A stretch of 64,000 nucleotides of DNA from Auanema rhodensis (Eukaryota > Animalia > Nematoda), in NCBI GenBank assembly GCA_964057225.1, contig OZ059898.1, positions 4,340,001-4,404,000 on the forward strand. Direction: 5' to 3'. The notes under the pieces were generated by a model that saw only the letters and a list, made by a program, of their open reading frames with translations, ran no database searches and was not told the DNA's origin. The position numbers and the translations under genes are program-made. Positions 1 to 14,364 of this stretch are shown here, piece after piece. The number at the start of each line of letters is the position of its first letter. The first letter of the stretch is position 1.

Positions 1-12
1 TATAATTGAAAC

Positions 13-477
13 CTTCGTATTTTTTCTTCCGTATGAGCTATGCATTGCTCTAAATTATCTATTCTAGCTTGTTCCATTTCAAACATCATTTTCTTTTTAT
101 TAGCTTCATCTTCGTACGTTTTTTTTAATTCATTCATGGCTGAAAATAAAGTTCACAGATTTACTATGTTTTCTTACTATATATACCTGATATCTGTTCA
201 ACAGTAATTTTGTAAGACACAGATAGAGAAGACAGTTTCTCAACTAAAATACTTTACTGATAAGCTGAAACGAACTTATTACTTACTTTCTTTTTGAACA
301 ACTTCGAGAGTTTGTCGAACAACATCTTTAGTTTTTTGACTCAGGCCAGGAGTGTTATATACTTTATGAAGATTTAAAAATGACTAAATAAAATGTATTG
401 AGAAGAAAGTTTAAAAAATAAACCTCCTGAATAGCAGCAAACTTTGGAAAATTATCCTTTTGGGAAAATGACAACAT
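13..477 (-). CDS. Unknown coiled-coil protein, 5' part (4 exons visible; gene continues off the left edge)
   Basis: ATG at 477 just after a TTTTAG acceptor. Phase-consistent GT-AG exons (~424-477, 287-383, 188-243, 13-139) give MLSFSQKDNFPKFAAIQE-SFLNLHKVYNTPGLSQKTKDVVRQTLEVVQKE-IEKLSSLSVSYKITVEQIS-AMNELKKTYEDEANKKKMMFEMEQARIDNLEQCIAHTEEKIR, which is E/K-rich and heptad-like. Family not recognised. Confidence 0.65.
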
Positions 478-1231
478 TTTCTCAAACTAAAATAAATGAC
501 GAACTGAGTGAGGCACGCCAGAACTTGTTAGCTAGGTAATTTACATATTTCGTTACAGGATATTTTTTCAAACTTCACTATGGTATTAATGCTATAGTTA
601 ACTAATTAAGGTGCCATGCTTACTAAGTTAATAAATTACCGCCCTTTAAGAATTTTGTTCCTCATTATTTGATATTTTTGTTGCCAGATATCTTTTTTAA
701 TCATTAAAATACATTATAATACATATATAAAATGAATTTTTGAAAGATATATTCCGAATTCAATTCTTCCTGAAAATAATTGTACTGAATTCTTAGCTAA
801 AAATTAATGCAGAAACACTTCTTTGAAAATACGACTAGAAAGAAAAGTATTATAATATTTCCTATCTTTAATTTACTTTTCAAAAGAGCGAATGATATGA
901 ACAGGAAGTTGCATTGTTCTTTATTATTGGACGAGGATAAGGCCAGAAAAATCAACTTTTTTTAGAAAAAGCTTGAACAAAAAATTCTTGTTTTTTACAT
1001 CTTATTTGATTTTTATATATCTTTTATTTCAAGTGCACACATCGTATAGCTAGATACGGAAGATAAACTGCACCAGTTTTTTTTAATCGACCTTCAAGTT
1101 TTTTGCGCCGTTTTTCCCACATGCATGTTCATAAAAGTACATTTTTTTCTGGTTTCTATCATTCTTATCTGCATTGCTTCGAACACTCGTATCACTGAGG
1201 AGCTTTTTTCTTTCCTCTTTTCAACATCAAC

Positions 1232-2340
1232 ATGTCTAAAGTTTTGTTGGACTCAGTCTTCGGATTGACGTTTTTAACATGCCTTGGTACAGTATTTTGC
1301 ATATTCGCTATTTTATCAGATATTCGTGCTTTACAAGCTCAGTTTAATGTAGATAATGCTGAATATAAGGTAAACACTTTTTTTATGATTTTTCTATATA
1401 TATGTACAAATATCTATTGATTGGACTATACTTTTCAATATACACCACAATATACTTTTTTCTACTTTTCAAGGAATATTCGGACTTAGCATGGACCACT
1501 ATAGATGCAGAAATACAACGTGGTTCTAGAGTTTCAAGAAATACTCGAAAGCCATGTGGCTGTGGTATGCAAATTGATCCATTCATTTAGAAAACAAAAT
1601 GTCTGTTTTTCAATATCGTATTTTTTCAGAATCGTGTCAGCTGGGAGCAAACAACTGTCCTCCTGGACCACCGGGACCACGAGGTAATCCAGGCTCACGT
1701 GGTATTGACGGCGAACCAGGCACCTCCGGAGTTAATGGACGTAAAGGCATATTAATTAATGAAATGAGTGCTGATACTCCAAGTGGTTGTATTCCATGTC
1801 CTGCAGGTCCTATTGGTCCTGCCGGTCCTCCAGGGGTACCTGGTACAATTGGAGCTCATGGACGTCCTGGTACTCCAGGACGCGCAGGACGTAACGGAGC
1901 TCCAGGACAACAGGGATTGCCAGGAGATGAAGGTGTTCCTGGTTGGGATGGAGTAGACGGTGCTGCCGGATACCCTGGAACAAATGGAAATCGTGTACGC
2001 CTTGTACCAGGTCCTCCAGGACCTGTTGGACCCATGGGGTTACCCGGAAAACCAGGACCGATTGGGAAAATCGGAGAGCCTGGCAAGCCAGGCCTTATTG
2101 GTTTAGAAGGAAGCATTGGAAATTCCGGATCTCAAGGCGCATTTGGACCTGCAGGATTAACTGGAGAACTTGGTGTTCCTGGACCTGACGCTGCTTATTG
2201 TTCCTGTCCAGTGCGCTCACAGGTAAGGCTCAAAATGAAATCGACTACATTAAATGTTTGCTTATATTTAGGTGGTGGTTCCTCCAACAGCTCAGACTCA
2301 GGAAGAAACCAAAATTAGAAAGAAGCTCATTGTGAGCTAA
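1232..2340 (+). CDS. Nematode cuticle collagen (4 exons: ~1232-1369, 1474-1564, 1630-2222, 2272-2340)
   Basis: N-terminal hydrophobic Col_cuticle_N-like segment, RVSR furin-type site, CGC..C..C cluster, interrupted Gly-X-Y blocks with C-x-x-C linker, C-terminal AAYCSCP-x-R motif. Confidence 0.95.
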
Positions 2341-4409
2341 ATAAGAGATGTTCATTACGCAAGTGTAGAAATTACTGTACATATTTTAAATAAAATTTGT
2401 TTTCACATATAAATCTACAATTTAAAATTAAATAATTATTTGTTTACTATACATAACAGAGATGAGAAAGCCAGAGATTAAATAAGCGGACTTGCGAACA
2501 TCTTTTTACTAATGTCTTTTACATACGTGCACAAACTTATGTTAGAGAATAAAGTGTGTTTGAAGAATTTTGAAACATGTGCCCGTGAACCTTGATTTGT
2601 ACGGTGTATTTGAAAGATTGATATATGTTTTCTTTAATGAAACAAATCATGTTTTATTTTTCTCTTTATTTAAGAGTTTCCTTCTTTTAAGCACTTGTCT
2701 TATTTGGGCTTCCGTCATATCCAATTGATTATAACACGCATCATGTATTTATCGAGAATATCATTCTTCATTTGCATCAAATCATTTCCATCGGTATCTT
2801 TTAAGATAATGAAACAGTAAAACAGTAAAATAATATAAAATCTAGAATTAAGAAGAAAAAACATAAGACCAAATAATAAATTAATTACCATACTTTTAAA
2901 AATAAGACTTAGAGATAACCGAAGAGATAGTAGGTTATTGCTTCGTACAGTATGATATTAAACAAATTTTGATTAAAAACAAACTTTCATCACACATAGT
3001 TTGGAAAAAATCTTATTGTTCCCATTAATACATGGTGAATGTGTTCAAAAAAAAAAAGAAAAGAACAAGCACTGTTGTTATTTTGTTTATTTTTCGGAAA
3101 GGTTAGAGATCATCTAGAAATTGGAAGCAGGGTGGATAAATGGAGAGCGCATCGTGATCTGTTTTGAAATTGAAGTTATGCTATTATCCTGCTACTTTAG
3201 TTATTCTTTCATTCTCTGTTTCTCATTGGTTCAATGCTTACTAATATCAATCAAACATCTCTTAAAGAAAAAGTCTTCAAATTGATAGTAAATAGCCTTT
3301 TCCACTCGAGATCTATATATAGAACGATATTTAATAATTGTACTTAAAGCACTTATATTAATAAGTATTTTTAAGAGTAATAATGTTATAACTCCAAACA
3401 AGACAGTAATAGCCTTTTCGTTGATTTAGTTGTTTTCATAGTTTTATAGAATCATTTTAATAGTTTTATACTTTGCCTTTCAATCCTAACATACCTATAG
3501 CTTAGATATTCAGAATTTCATTATCAACTGTGAAGATCATGTGTCCAATCTCACGTGAGTAGCTTATGATCACAATTGTGAACTTAATGAACGCAATGAC
3601 CGGTTGTTCTTTTGATTGCACCTGTACTTCATCTCTAGTTCATTGTCTTTAATATAAGTTTTATATTATAAATTTGTTTTTTCTATACTTTATTCTATTC
3701 ACTTAATAATGAATTTTTATTGTACAGTATCATAACATTTTTATTTTGGTAGGAATTTTTTTATTTCAAAATAGTTGTTCTTTGTACCAATTAAAAGCAA
3801 GTTCAAGTTTCTGGAAAACAGAAGATATGTGGGTATGACTGTCCTCTGATTGTCCTCTTTCAACTTGAAGGGCTTCTTAATCTCTCTTAACCACATCAGA
3901 CTGTTATTGCTTCAAGGCACAAGTTGTCAAGGGCGGGACCGGTAGTCATCTGTTCCATTCAGACCCGCCCTCTTTGGTTTATTTGTGGAGGTGAACTAAA
4001 GAAAAGGAAGAAGCTGGCTGAAAAGCAAAGCTTGGTCATCAGATGAACCTCATTCTTTCAAAAAGCATGTGGAGCTCGATGAGTTATTCTTGTTTTATTA
4101 CTTGGTGAAAGCTTTTGATATAATACTGTAAAAAGATTTTGCTTATTGTCACAACTCATCGAAAGGATGTCATTTTTTTGCCAATCACAAGAGTTTTCTG
4201 TTTGCCTCAATTTCAGTACTTCTTCAAATTTTTTTCCAACATTTCTTTTTCCCTCTTACTTTATTTAGCAAATAAATAAAAAATCTCATAATATTTTTCA
4301 GTCATGACTTTGTATAAATTTTTAATGACAATTGTTTCTTTCTGTATAGTATATATAACAATTTCAGTTATCTTTATCAAGAATATAGAAACTAATTGAA
4401 ACGACAAAA

Positions 4410-7400
4410 ATGCTGATTGGTAGCTACGACGGCTGCAGATTCACCGAAGATCAGCAGCAAAAGCTTCAGGTTAACTATTTACAATTGTTTTTTTATTCTT
4501 AATCGTCATCATATTTTTGATGAATAATGATCAATTAATCATATTATGTTTAAACTATGAAACATGTAATAATAAACTTCCTGCTATCACTAGCCACACC
4601 TGAAGATTGAAGTTTCGTTAATCTTTGAGCTTTATGTACACGGACAAAGTTTTCCACGTGATTTATTCTCAAGCTCTGGAATGAGTACTTCATTCACTAT
4701 ACGAAATACATGTGACTTAATCGCCACATTATTATATGTAATTCATGATGTATTCATATGCTGTTTGAACTTAGCACTTCCAGTAATCTGTAAAACTTAA
4801 CAGACAATATCATTTATTCAAATGATAAATGTTATTTTAAAAACAGCTTCTAATGCAATTTGCTCTTTATTCTCTGTTCATTTTGTGTTTTGATTTTTTA
4901 AATTTTATTTTCATTCATCCGTGTGAAACGGATATTCCGAAGTTCAGATGTTTTCGCATACAGACAGAGTGAGCCGAATCAAATACAAACAGAACCGGTA
5001 GGTAGCAGCTTGTCTGTTTCATCTAAAACGATCTACGAACAATCCAGAACAGAGAGAAATCGTTATTTTCGTGAAATCTTATTCTTCAACTATGCTTGGA
5101 AGATTTCTTTTCTAATCTAAATTTTTATTTTCATGGCTCACACTGTCCACAGCCGTTTGTTATCAAAGCTTCATTTAATACTTGTATTTAACACATGTTA
5201 AATCATGACACAATGAGAAAATGTGCTTTGAAAAAAAGAAAATGTTATGATCTATCTTAACAACACTTCTTTACAATTAGGGACTATATGAGTCCAAAGA
5301 GGTATTGAAAGAAAAAAAAACGAAGATTTATCCGACACTTAAGTGTCGTGTTGTTGTTTATCTCATCTACTGATTGATGTTATTGTTGTCACGAAATGGC
5401 CTTTTCAATTTCTATTTTTTGTCTGTTCATCTCTAACACTAGTCTTACTTGGTATCTGTTTTAAATTTGGAAGATCTCCATTTAAAATACCATTCTTCTT
5501 ATAATTTGAATTTGTCTAGTTTTCTCTCTACGTGTTGATCATACATATCCCACATCTTATTCCTTTGTGTGTCTATTCTGTTCAAGAATCGATACTCTAA
5601 ACAGTTTGATCTTCAACAAAAAATAGCAGAACCATTAGTTACATTAGCAACTTGTAAACATTTCAAGAAATTTGTGTTTTGTAAATATTTAGATGAAATA
5701 ATCATATATTTGCAGAGGCAACTTGCCGATAAAATAACAAATTATGCATCTATCGATGAAATTCGAATGCTACTAGTATGTGGAGCACAGGTGTGTATTG
5801 TTATAATTTCGTTTCTAAACATCAAAGAGATAGTTATAGCAACCATTTTAAATAATTAATGAATTAATTTGTTAAATGTCATGAAAATGCTTAATTTGCA
5901 GCCCAATGAACCTGTAACACGAGGATTAACTCCATTACATTACGCCTGTTTCATTAATTATTTTGCTGCCGCTAAACTTCTTTTAAATAGAGGTGCAAAG
6001 GTAAGGGTTTTGCAGTATTTAAATAGATTCCTAAACATATACTTTATGGGTCGATGCTGTTGATGAAGTGGGATGTTCTGCATTACATCTTTGTGCCGAA
6101 CATGGACATTATCGCATGATTAAGCTATTACTTCAATATATGGAAGTAGTTCAACAATATGAAACACCAGTGGTTGTTGAAAATGGTAAATATCCTAGCC
6201 GTGATAATGTTGATGAACCATTACGTCTGGCTATTAAGGTGAAAATAGTCGTCTAAATATTGAAATATTAAAAAAGTTTCAGAACGGTCACTATGATTGT
6301 GCTAGACTTCTATTAGAAAACGGTGCTACTCCTAATGCAGTATACTTCGATGGTCCAGAAATCACACATGTTAGTCCATTGGATACCAATTTCATTGAGC
6401 TTCTGGTAAAATAATATTTTTTACGAAAATCATAATTCCATTTTGGTTTAGCTGGAATATGGCGCAGACCCAAATGTAGTCGATCGTAAAGGTATGACTC
6501 CTATAATGAGAGCTTGTCGAATGAAAAACAAAGGGATTGATGCAATTAAGTAATTTTTCGATTAGTTATAATATTTTTATATGTCATTTCAAGATTATTT
6601 TTAAAATATGGCGCTAATATCAATGCTGAAGCAGAAGAACGCCAAGATAAACGTACAGCTCTTCATTTCGCAGTCTTGAGTGGTAATGCTGAGCTAGTTG
6701 AATTTTTACTTAAGGTAAGATTGATAAATCATTTTTTTAAATATTTTCGGATCTTATTTCCAGAATGGTGCTCAAGTAAACGTTCGTAAAGAATATGATA
6801 AACCATCCGTTCTTGATATTGCTGTTCTTAAAGATGATCCAGCACTTCTAAAAATGGTATTAGATGCTGGTGCAGATGTAAATTCAGTTCATACATACAT
6901 TGGATCATCACTTCATCTTGCCGCTTGTTCTTGTAAGTTATATAAAGGTCAATTGAAAGCTGAAATATTTTTTTTGCAGTTTTAAACAATCAGTTTGAAA
7001 TTATGAAAATGCTTTTGGAAAAAGGCGCTGACGTTAACATACAACATCGATTTTCTGATGGAACATCTTTGAAAAGCCCTTTTGTCGAGTACTTCAAATC
7101 AAGAGATCATGTTAGTTCTTTGCATTAAATTTACAATCTCTTGTGTCATGCTATTCATAACAAAATTTAAATTTTAGATTGAGTCTCGTATTGTAAATTT
7201 GTTTTTATCTTATGGAGGTAGGGTGATCATGAAATCTCCAATTCATGATAATCGAGGTCAGCTACGCAATGTTCTTCGTTTAGCAGCAACAAGAGATCAA
7301 CCAGACGTAATTTAGGAACATTTTTTTCTCAAATTACTTGTATTTGCTCTTAGGTTCTGGAAAGTTTACTTGGATTGGCTGAATCATTTGATAGGATCGC

Positions 7401-7736
7401 AATTGATCGGCTTCCTCTTCCACTTGCACTGAAAGAAGATATCTTACAAGCTTCAAAGTATGTTTTCTTCTCTTTCAAACTTTTCTTGAAGTTTAAACGA
7501 AAAATAGAATAATCCATGAGTACAAAACACAATATTCAACAATTAACTTAATATATTATGCTTATAAATTTATTATTATTATTTTTGAAAAAAATATTTT
7601 TTTTAGGAATCCCAGCACCCTACAGCAAGCATGTCGGCTAGCACTTCGCCAGCAACTGACTCCTTTAAAACCGAGTCGAGTTCAGGATCTTCCAATTCCG
7701 AACCAGATGAAGCTTTTTGTATTGGGACTTATTTGA
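4410..7736 (+). CDS. Ankyrin repeat and SOCS box protein (ASB-like E3 adaptor), about 12 exons
   Basis: Ankyrin repeats GLTPLHYAC, GCSALHLCAEHGH, GMTPIMRAC, RTALHFAVLSGN, GSSLHLAAC. The last exon encodes the SOCS box NPSTLQQACRLALRQQL...VQDLPIPNQMKLFVL. First exon 4410-4469 is less certain, and one acceptor (6049) is non-canonical. Confidence 0.9.
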
Positions 7737-10700
7737 CAATAGGGCTAGATCTTTTTATGGAATTTATAGCTCTATCCAAATATGTCTTTCATTTTTATTT
7801 ATTTCTCTTCATTGGCTCACTCACATTCACGCACTTTTTAGGCTATGCCATTTAATTTCACTCTATATGTTACTGAAGCTTTCGTTCACATCAAAATACT
7901 CAAGTTGTAAAACAAAAATTTAAAACCTGTAATAAGCATAGGTGAGATTAATTGAATTGATTTTACATTGGTCTTTGGCTAATGCGCTTTCATATACATA
8001 AATACAACCTTCACGAGTCTAACTAACGCGTAATTACTTTCTATCTGTAATACAAAAAGATTTAATTTAAAGAGAGATTTTCTCTCTTAAATGTGAGTTT
8101 ATGTTTATCTGTATAATACACCTGTATATAAGATTATAATTTTTTCTTTCAAACAAAAATATTTATTTGGTTGATTTTAGATCTAATAATAATTTGTTTT
8201 GTTGTTCAAATAGTTAAGTGAAATGTTTAATTTTATGTTTAAATGAATTAACTAAGAATATTGTACATATATATAGTTTATTTTCATTTAATATATTTTT
8301 CTTTAAAATATTTATAGTTGTTCTTAATATTCATTTTGAACCGGTATATCAATTTTTACTAGATCATCTATTATTTTGTATATATCTATATTTTTGTTTA
8401 TTATTTATTTGTCTATGGATTGTTAATTTTCATTAAATTTTTTTAGTATTTTTTATTTTTCCCTATAAAACTTGACATACAAAGTAGTTTGACTGAGGTT
8501 AAATCTATTTTTTTTCAATGATTACAATAATTATACATACCACATGACATGTATGGCAATTTTCTAAAAGTACGGAACAATTTAAGATTAATATGTTATA
8601 TAACTTTGTACTTACAAAGTAAATATGTCATTTTTAAAAGAAAATTAGGCTTAGAACTTAGACATAAGCTTTTACATTAATTTAAACTTTTATATTTAAA
8701 TAATGACTTCACACACTTTAAATACATATATGTATATATTATTTTTTTATACATTTGTTATAATATTTGTTTGTAAGAGTTCTAAAGAAGCTTCTTTTAT
8801 AAATTAAAGCTACAAAACGGGTCATTTTAGCAATAATCAGCGGATTTCCAATAGAGCTTAAGGACAAAAGAATATGATATGCTATACAGACACATAACAA
8901 AGAAGTAGATTAACTAGTTCTTATACATTCAATACATTTTGTTGTCGACTTTTTAAAAAAATCTAAGGATTTACATGTTTAGCAAAGCTAGATATTTGAT
9001 GTTTTCTGAATCATTTAATTCTTTCTAGTAATTTTTATTTTTCACCAGCATATGAAAGCTTGATAGACTTTTTACTTGCAGAAAAGTTGTATGTCAATCC
9101 ATTCATGGATTTGTCTTTGAAGGCCTTTTACTTGATGATTATGACATTTGGATAACTACCAGTATATGAAATGACAATAGTATTTTTGACATAAACTTTA
9201 TAAATACAAATATATTCTTTTTTTATTCAAATTGTTTTAAAATTAATAATAATTATATAAATATTTTATACTATATATACTATATATAAGTATTATAATA
9301 GATATCCCTTCATTTTTAGTTTCTTTTCTTCTTTTTTGTGCCTATTGATATAAGATTTTTTGGTTTTTTTTTTATAAAACTCAACGCTATGCCATTCATA
9401 TTGTATTTATATTTACAATACTATATATATTTAGTCATTTGTCTTTAATATTCATGTAATACTTACATATACTATATATATATAGTGAATGTGTACATTT
9501 AAAGGTAATTTTATAATATACTTGATATTATTATACAATACCTAAATACATACTTTTCGTGAGTACTTACTTATAAGAATTGCCTTCTTCACAAAGTTTT
9601 TTTTTTCAATTCAATCTTCATATAGTTTCGTATAAAATCATATATTTTATTATTATTATTATTTACATAATACTAAAACATAAAAATCTAAATGTTTTAT
9701 ACTGATAGCATATTTGAGATAAAATTTAGAAAAAAAAAAAAAAAAGAATTTAAACGATTCTTCCTGCTTAAAGAAAATGTGTAAGCAGATGTCAGGATTT
9801 TCTGTTTTTTTTTTAACTTTTTGACCATCTGTTTCGCTTTTTTTACTTCCATGTTTCTTTGATAATTATTAACGGATATATAATATATATGTAAGTGTAT
9901 TTCTTTAATTTTCAAATATATTATAAACAATTTTCTAATTATCTTTTCTACATTTTTTTAATTTCCAAAGTCATATTATGTTGTTTAGATTGACACTTAT
10001 AAAGTTTTATCAGAATGTAACAATATATATTCATATGTATGTATGTACATGTATGTGTACAACATCATGTCATACATGCTTTTCATTTTACACTAATCTT
10101 TTCTTTCAATCTTTAACTAAGAAACTTCAAAACAAACATCAACAAACCTGTGTTTTTTACTTTGTTATCTTTATTATTAAATATTTAAAACAAAAATGTA
10201 AAATTTCAATATTAAATAGATGTGTTGTATAGATATATTTTCTAATTTCCTAGTATAGACATTGGCAAAGTGTTTAGAAAATTTTCTTGATTTTTCCTTT
10301 CAACATTGCAAACTGCAGAAAGAAGTCATTAGATGTTGATGCAAGCAATTACACTGGTGTGTCTGGACCATTGATTACATATCAGACTTTCTCTTTATTC
10401 TTCCTAGCATTTCGTTTTTATTTCCAAACTAATAAGTTGTATGCTTAAAAATATTAATAATAATAAAATCGTAATAGTTAAAAAATAAATGAAATTGTTT
10501 TTTTAACAATTTAATTTATTTTATATATTTTTTTTATTTCAGGTATAAATAATTGACTTATAACATTTGTTATTATACTTAGTTCGTACAACTAAATTAT
10601 AATTAAGTTTAAGAAATTATAAAATAACTTTAAACTAAAAAGAAGAAATTTCTTGTTGATATTCAAAATTCAAAGTAAATATCTAAAAAACAAAAAATGT

Positions 10701-13497
10701 ATGATGTTTATAAACTAAAAAGATATTTAATAAAATGCTATTTCTAGTATTAAGTAATATTATAAAGATTTTAATGTTCTAAATCTCATTATTTATTTTT
10801 GAATGGAAAAAAAAATAAAGAACAATCGAAAATTTAATCCTTTGTCTAGAAGCGAAAATTAAATTGGCCTCTCTCAGGTTCTTCTTTTCTTCTCTTTTCT
10901 CTCAATCGTACTGTTAATGAAAATATTCTTGAGACCAAAGTTCCTTTTCTTTAACATTCAGAGAAATATGCTTTTCTGAATGTCTTAAACACGACTTTCA
11001 AAATAATTGGAAAAGTATGATCTTAGTAGTTTTCGGGGAAAAAAAAACTTTTTTTTGTACTTGCAATTTTTGGATTTTTTTCGGCCAGAAAGGTCATTCA
11101 TCCATATTGAATATTGAAAAATTTGGCAAGGCCGTAGAGATCAACACGTTTATATAAGTGCATTTTTCTCAAAAGAGATTTTCTTAAAAATGTTCTCTCG
11201 CTACTATATTTCCAAGTTTTTGAAATTTCTCTCAATATTTTGCAAAGGGCGACTTCTGAAAGATTAAAAATATCAAAGAGTTTAGTTTTGAATACTGAAA
11301 CCAGATGTAAGTACCCCCATTTTCCCATTCATATTACTATTGCTTTACTAGAAATTCGGCTTAAATCAAAATGCTTTGAAATGTAGTATGATTGAGCTGA
11401 TATGCCACAGGTTGTAACGTTGAGATCGTTCATGCCTGTGTAAACCATGGTCAGGACAAGTGACCTGAGGCAATCTTACGACTTGCTCACTTTCTATCAA
11501 ACTTTCCTTCTTATTACGACTTTGAATGTCATCGAATATGTCATGGTCATTTATCTTTGTGATTCTCCAAGCTAATCTTTCAAATCTCATTTGACCAGCT
11601 GTTGTTCAGAATTATTACCACCAAAAGTTGTAATATTTTCAAGATATTGACACATCCTGAACTTCATAATCTCGAATATCTTCATCAGTTTTAATTTTCA
11701 TTAAAATCATCAATTGTAAAGCTTTATTGATATGTATATCTCTTTCTTTATATATAATATATGTATCTATCTATATACATATACATATAGAAATCAATAT
11801 GTATCAAACAAATGCTGTAATAATATCTTGCCACACAGCTTCACAGAGAAGAAGCAGTAAAGAGGAGCCAACAAGACTCAAGGCTGTCATGATACACTTT
11901 GAAAGCAATCTTAATTTGATAGTCTAACTAACTGCTTCTTAACGAATATCTTCTGTTTCTATAATATAGATTATTAGATTATATTATACAAATTTATATA
12001 AAATTTAATATTTTAATATTTATTTTAATTTATTCGAAACAGAAGAGCTTATGCTAAAAAGTTTCTACACTATTTCTTCACCATTTAATTTTTTTTTTAT
12101 TCTATTTTCCTTTAAACATTATATATATTTTTCATATAATATATTGGTTTTATACAACTAAAATATATTATATATTATATATAATTAACTACACATTTTT
12201 GACATAAAAACATATCGTAGTTATAAAAATGAAGCTTATTATATATTATATATGTATATCATAGTATAACAAGTAAATTGTATTTATACATAATTTTAAA
12301 AATAAGCTTAAATGGAACAATCATTTCCATCTGTCACAATCTTTTGTGAAATAAAAATAAACCTATACTATTTGAACTTATTTGAACAATTTACGTTTAA
12401 CATATGAAGGAAAGCTTTCTAAACTTCCGGCGTTATAGAGATTTGTTACCTTACATATTCATGCTGTTACATATCCAGTAAAAATATGGGGAAGTCTTAC
12501 TATACGAATTAAAATCTTAAAATAAAATTTTATTTTTATTTTTATGTTTATGTTTATGTTTATTTTGATATAATATTGGTAGGTTTACATGTTATTTATA
12601 TAAGATTAAATTTTTTTTATTTGAAAAAAAATTGATGAAACTGATGTCTAAAGCCAACCCTTACTCTCATTATACTCTTGGGATTTATATGCATTTTAAG
12701 AACAACTGAACTGAGTTAAACACAAGCATAATAACCGTTTTTTTCTTTATTTACATATGTATATTTAATAGTTATACCCTTTTTACTCTGAAAATATCTC
12801 TATTTTGACTTGATCTTTTTAAAAGCTGTATCGTAAAGTTGCATTCAAGTTCATTCAAGTTGATATTATGCTTATGCATCATCGTATTCAAAAATAAACT
12901 TATCTTAAATCTTATCTAAACTTTGCTTACTTCCTCTTTTGCCCTTTTCTCATCTCTCTGAGGGCCTCTAAACTGAAATTTTGTTGTCTTAACACTTCAA
13001 CATATATGAGTCACAACTGTCCTCCCTTATGTCCAAGCCTAGGGGTCATGGAAAGCGAAAACAAATTGTCAAAACAAAATTTTCAACTATACGGTTTATT
13101 TTCGTCTTTGAATAGATATTTTTGCAAAGCCCCTTAAAAGCTTCTTCTTCTTCTTCTCTTTGTAAAAATCGCTTTGGTCAACCCGATATAAGGTGTGACG
13201 CCTCGGATGAGAGATAGGGAATGGGAGAAACGGAAGACGAACAGTTTCATGCTAAGAGCAAATACAAATGATGACGAATGTTCCTTTAACTATGCGCTTA
13301 TATATTATATATATATACATAGAAATGGTTCTAGTTAAGTAGAACATCTTCATTATGTTATTGTGTTTGATCATCAAATGAGCTTAACTTCTTATATTGT
13401 ATAATGTGTTTCTGAAAAGTTGATGATTTAATCAAGAAAAAAAAGAATAATATACATATAAACAATTATAAATTTGTACTATCACTACACTACTTCG

Positions 13498-14364
13498 AAA
13501 CGGTTAATGAAATAACTGCTTTATCTGAATTGTCGAGCAAATATTTGAAATGACAAGTACATAACAATCTCATGCACTTCCTCATTCTTGTTTTCTCTAA
13601 TTATCAACTAAGACATACAATTCAAGATAATGAAAGCCAGAAGCCTATATGTTTCCTATCATCTTTAAGATATGTTGGTTTACTTTTTCAGAACTTTTTA
13701 GTAATTTTTGTTGATTTATCTATTTTTATGTCATTATATTTCATGTTGTTCACCCTACATGTATGTGCATGTATGTTTTTTTCCACTTTTTCACAGTTCC
13801 TTTAATGCTGTTAGTTGGTACGACGTATTATGCTACAAGCTTTTACATCCCTCCCTTTTCTAGCTTTCATCGCTCCCTTATCTTCTGGTTTTCGGCAGTC
13901 CAATTCCAGTCAAAGAGACACGCTTCAGGCATTTCTCTCTCTTCTTCCGCATATGATTACATCGTCTGTGCTGTTAGGTCAACAGAGTCTTTTGCAATTA
14001 CGTCATTTTGATAGTCCTCACACCTTATCGTAGAAAAAATGTCAACTGTGAGTCTTTCCGATTTACAAATCCGGAAGATATATTCCGGTTCCTGACCAGA
14101 AACAGCAATACAACGTCCACTAGCACACAGAGAAAAAACGTTGGGCGTGGTCTTTCGGAAGGAGCACTAGCTACGTCGTTTCATATACACTCACACACAC
14201 AGACATACACACACACACATGCATATCTTTTCCTTCTTTAGAATTCTTAAATTTGTTCAAATTATTTTTGCTTCAAACAAGAATGAGGAAGTGCATGAGA
14301 TTGTTATGTACTTGTCATTTCAAATAATTGCTCGACAATCCAGCAGTTATTTTATTAACCGTTT
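13498..14364. repeat. Long inverted repeat, arms 13498-13593 and 14275-14364, spacer ~680 bp
   Basis: The reverse complement of the right arm matches the left arm almost exactly (a run of >50 identical nt, TATTTGAAATGACAAGTACATAACAATCTCATGCACTTCCTCATTCTTGTTT, plus a short indel). No clear target-site duplication. Confidence 0.9.

Noticed and set aside
1856-2188. Antisense and alternate-frame ORFs over the collagen and over tra-1 (61142-61727)
   Set aside because: Shadow ORFs of GC-richer coding sequence.
11040-11700. 74-aa minus-strand ORF and repeat-like flank
   Set aside because: No recognisable motif, splice partners or TIR pair; may be old transposon debris but unsupported.
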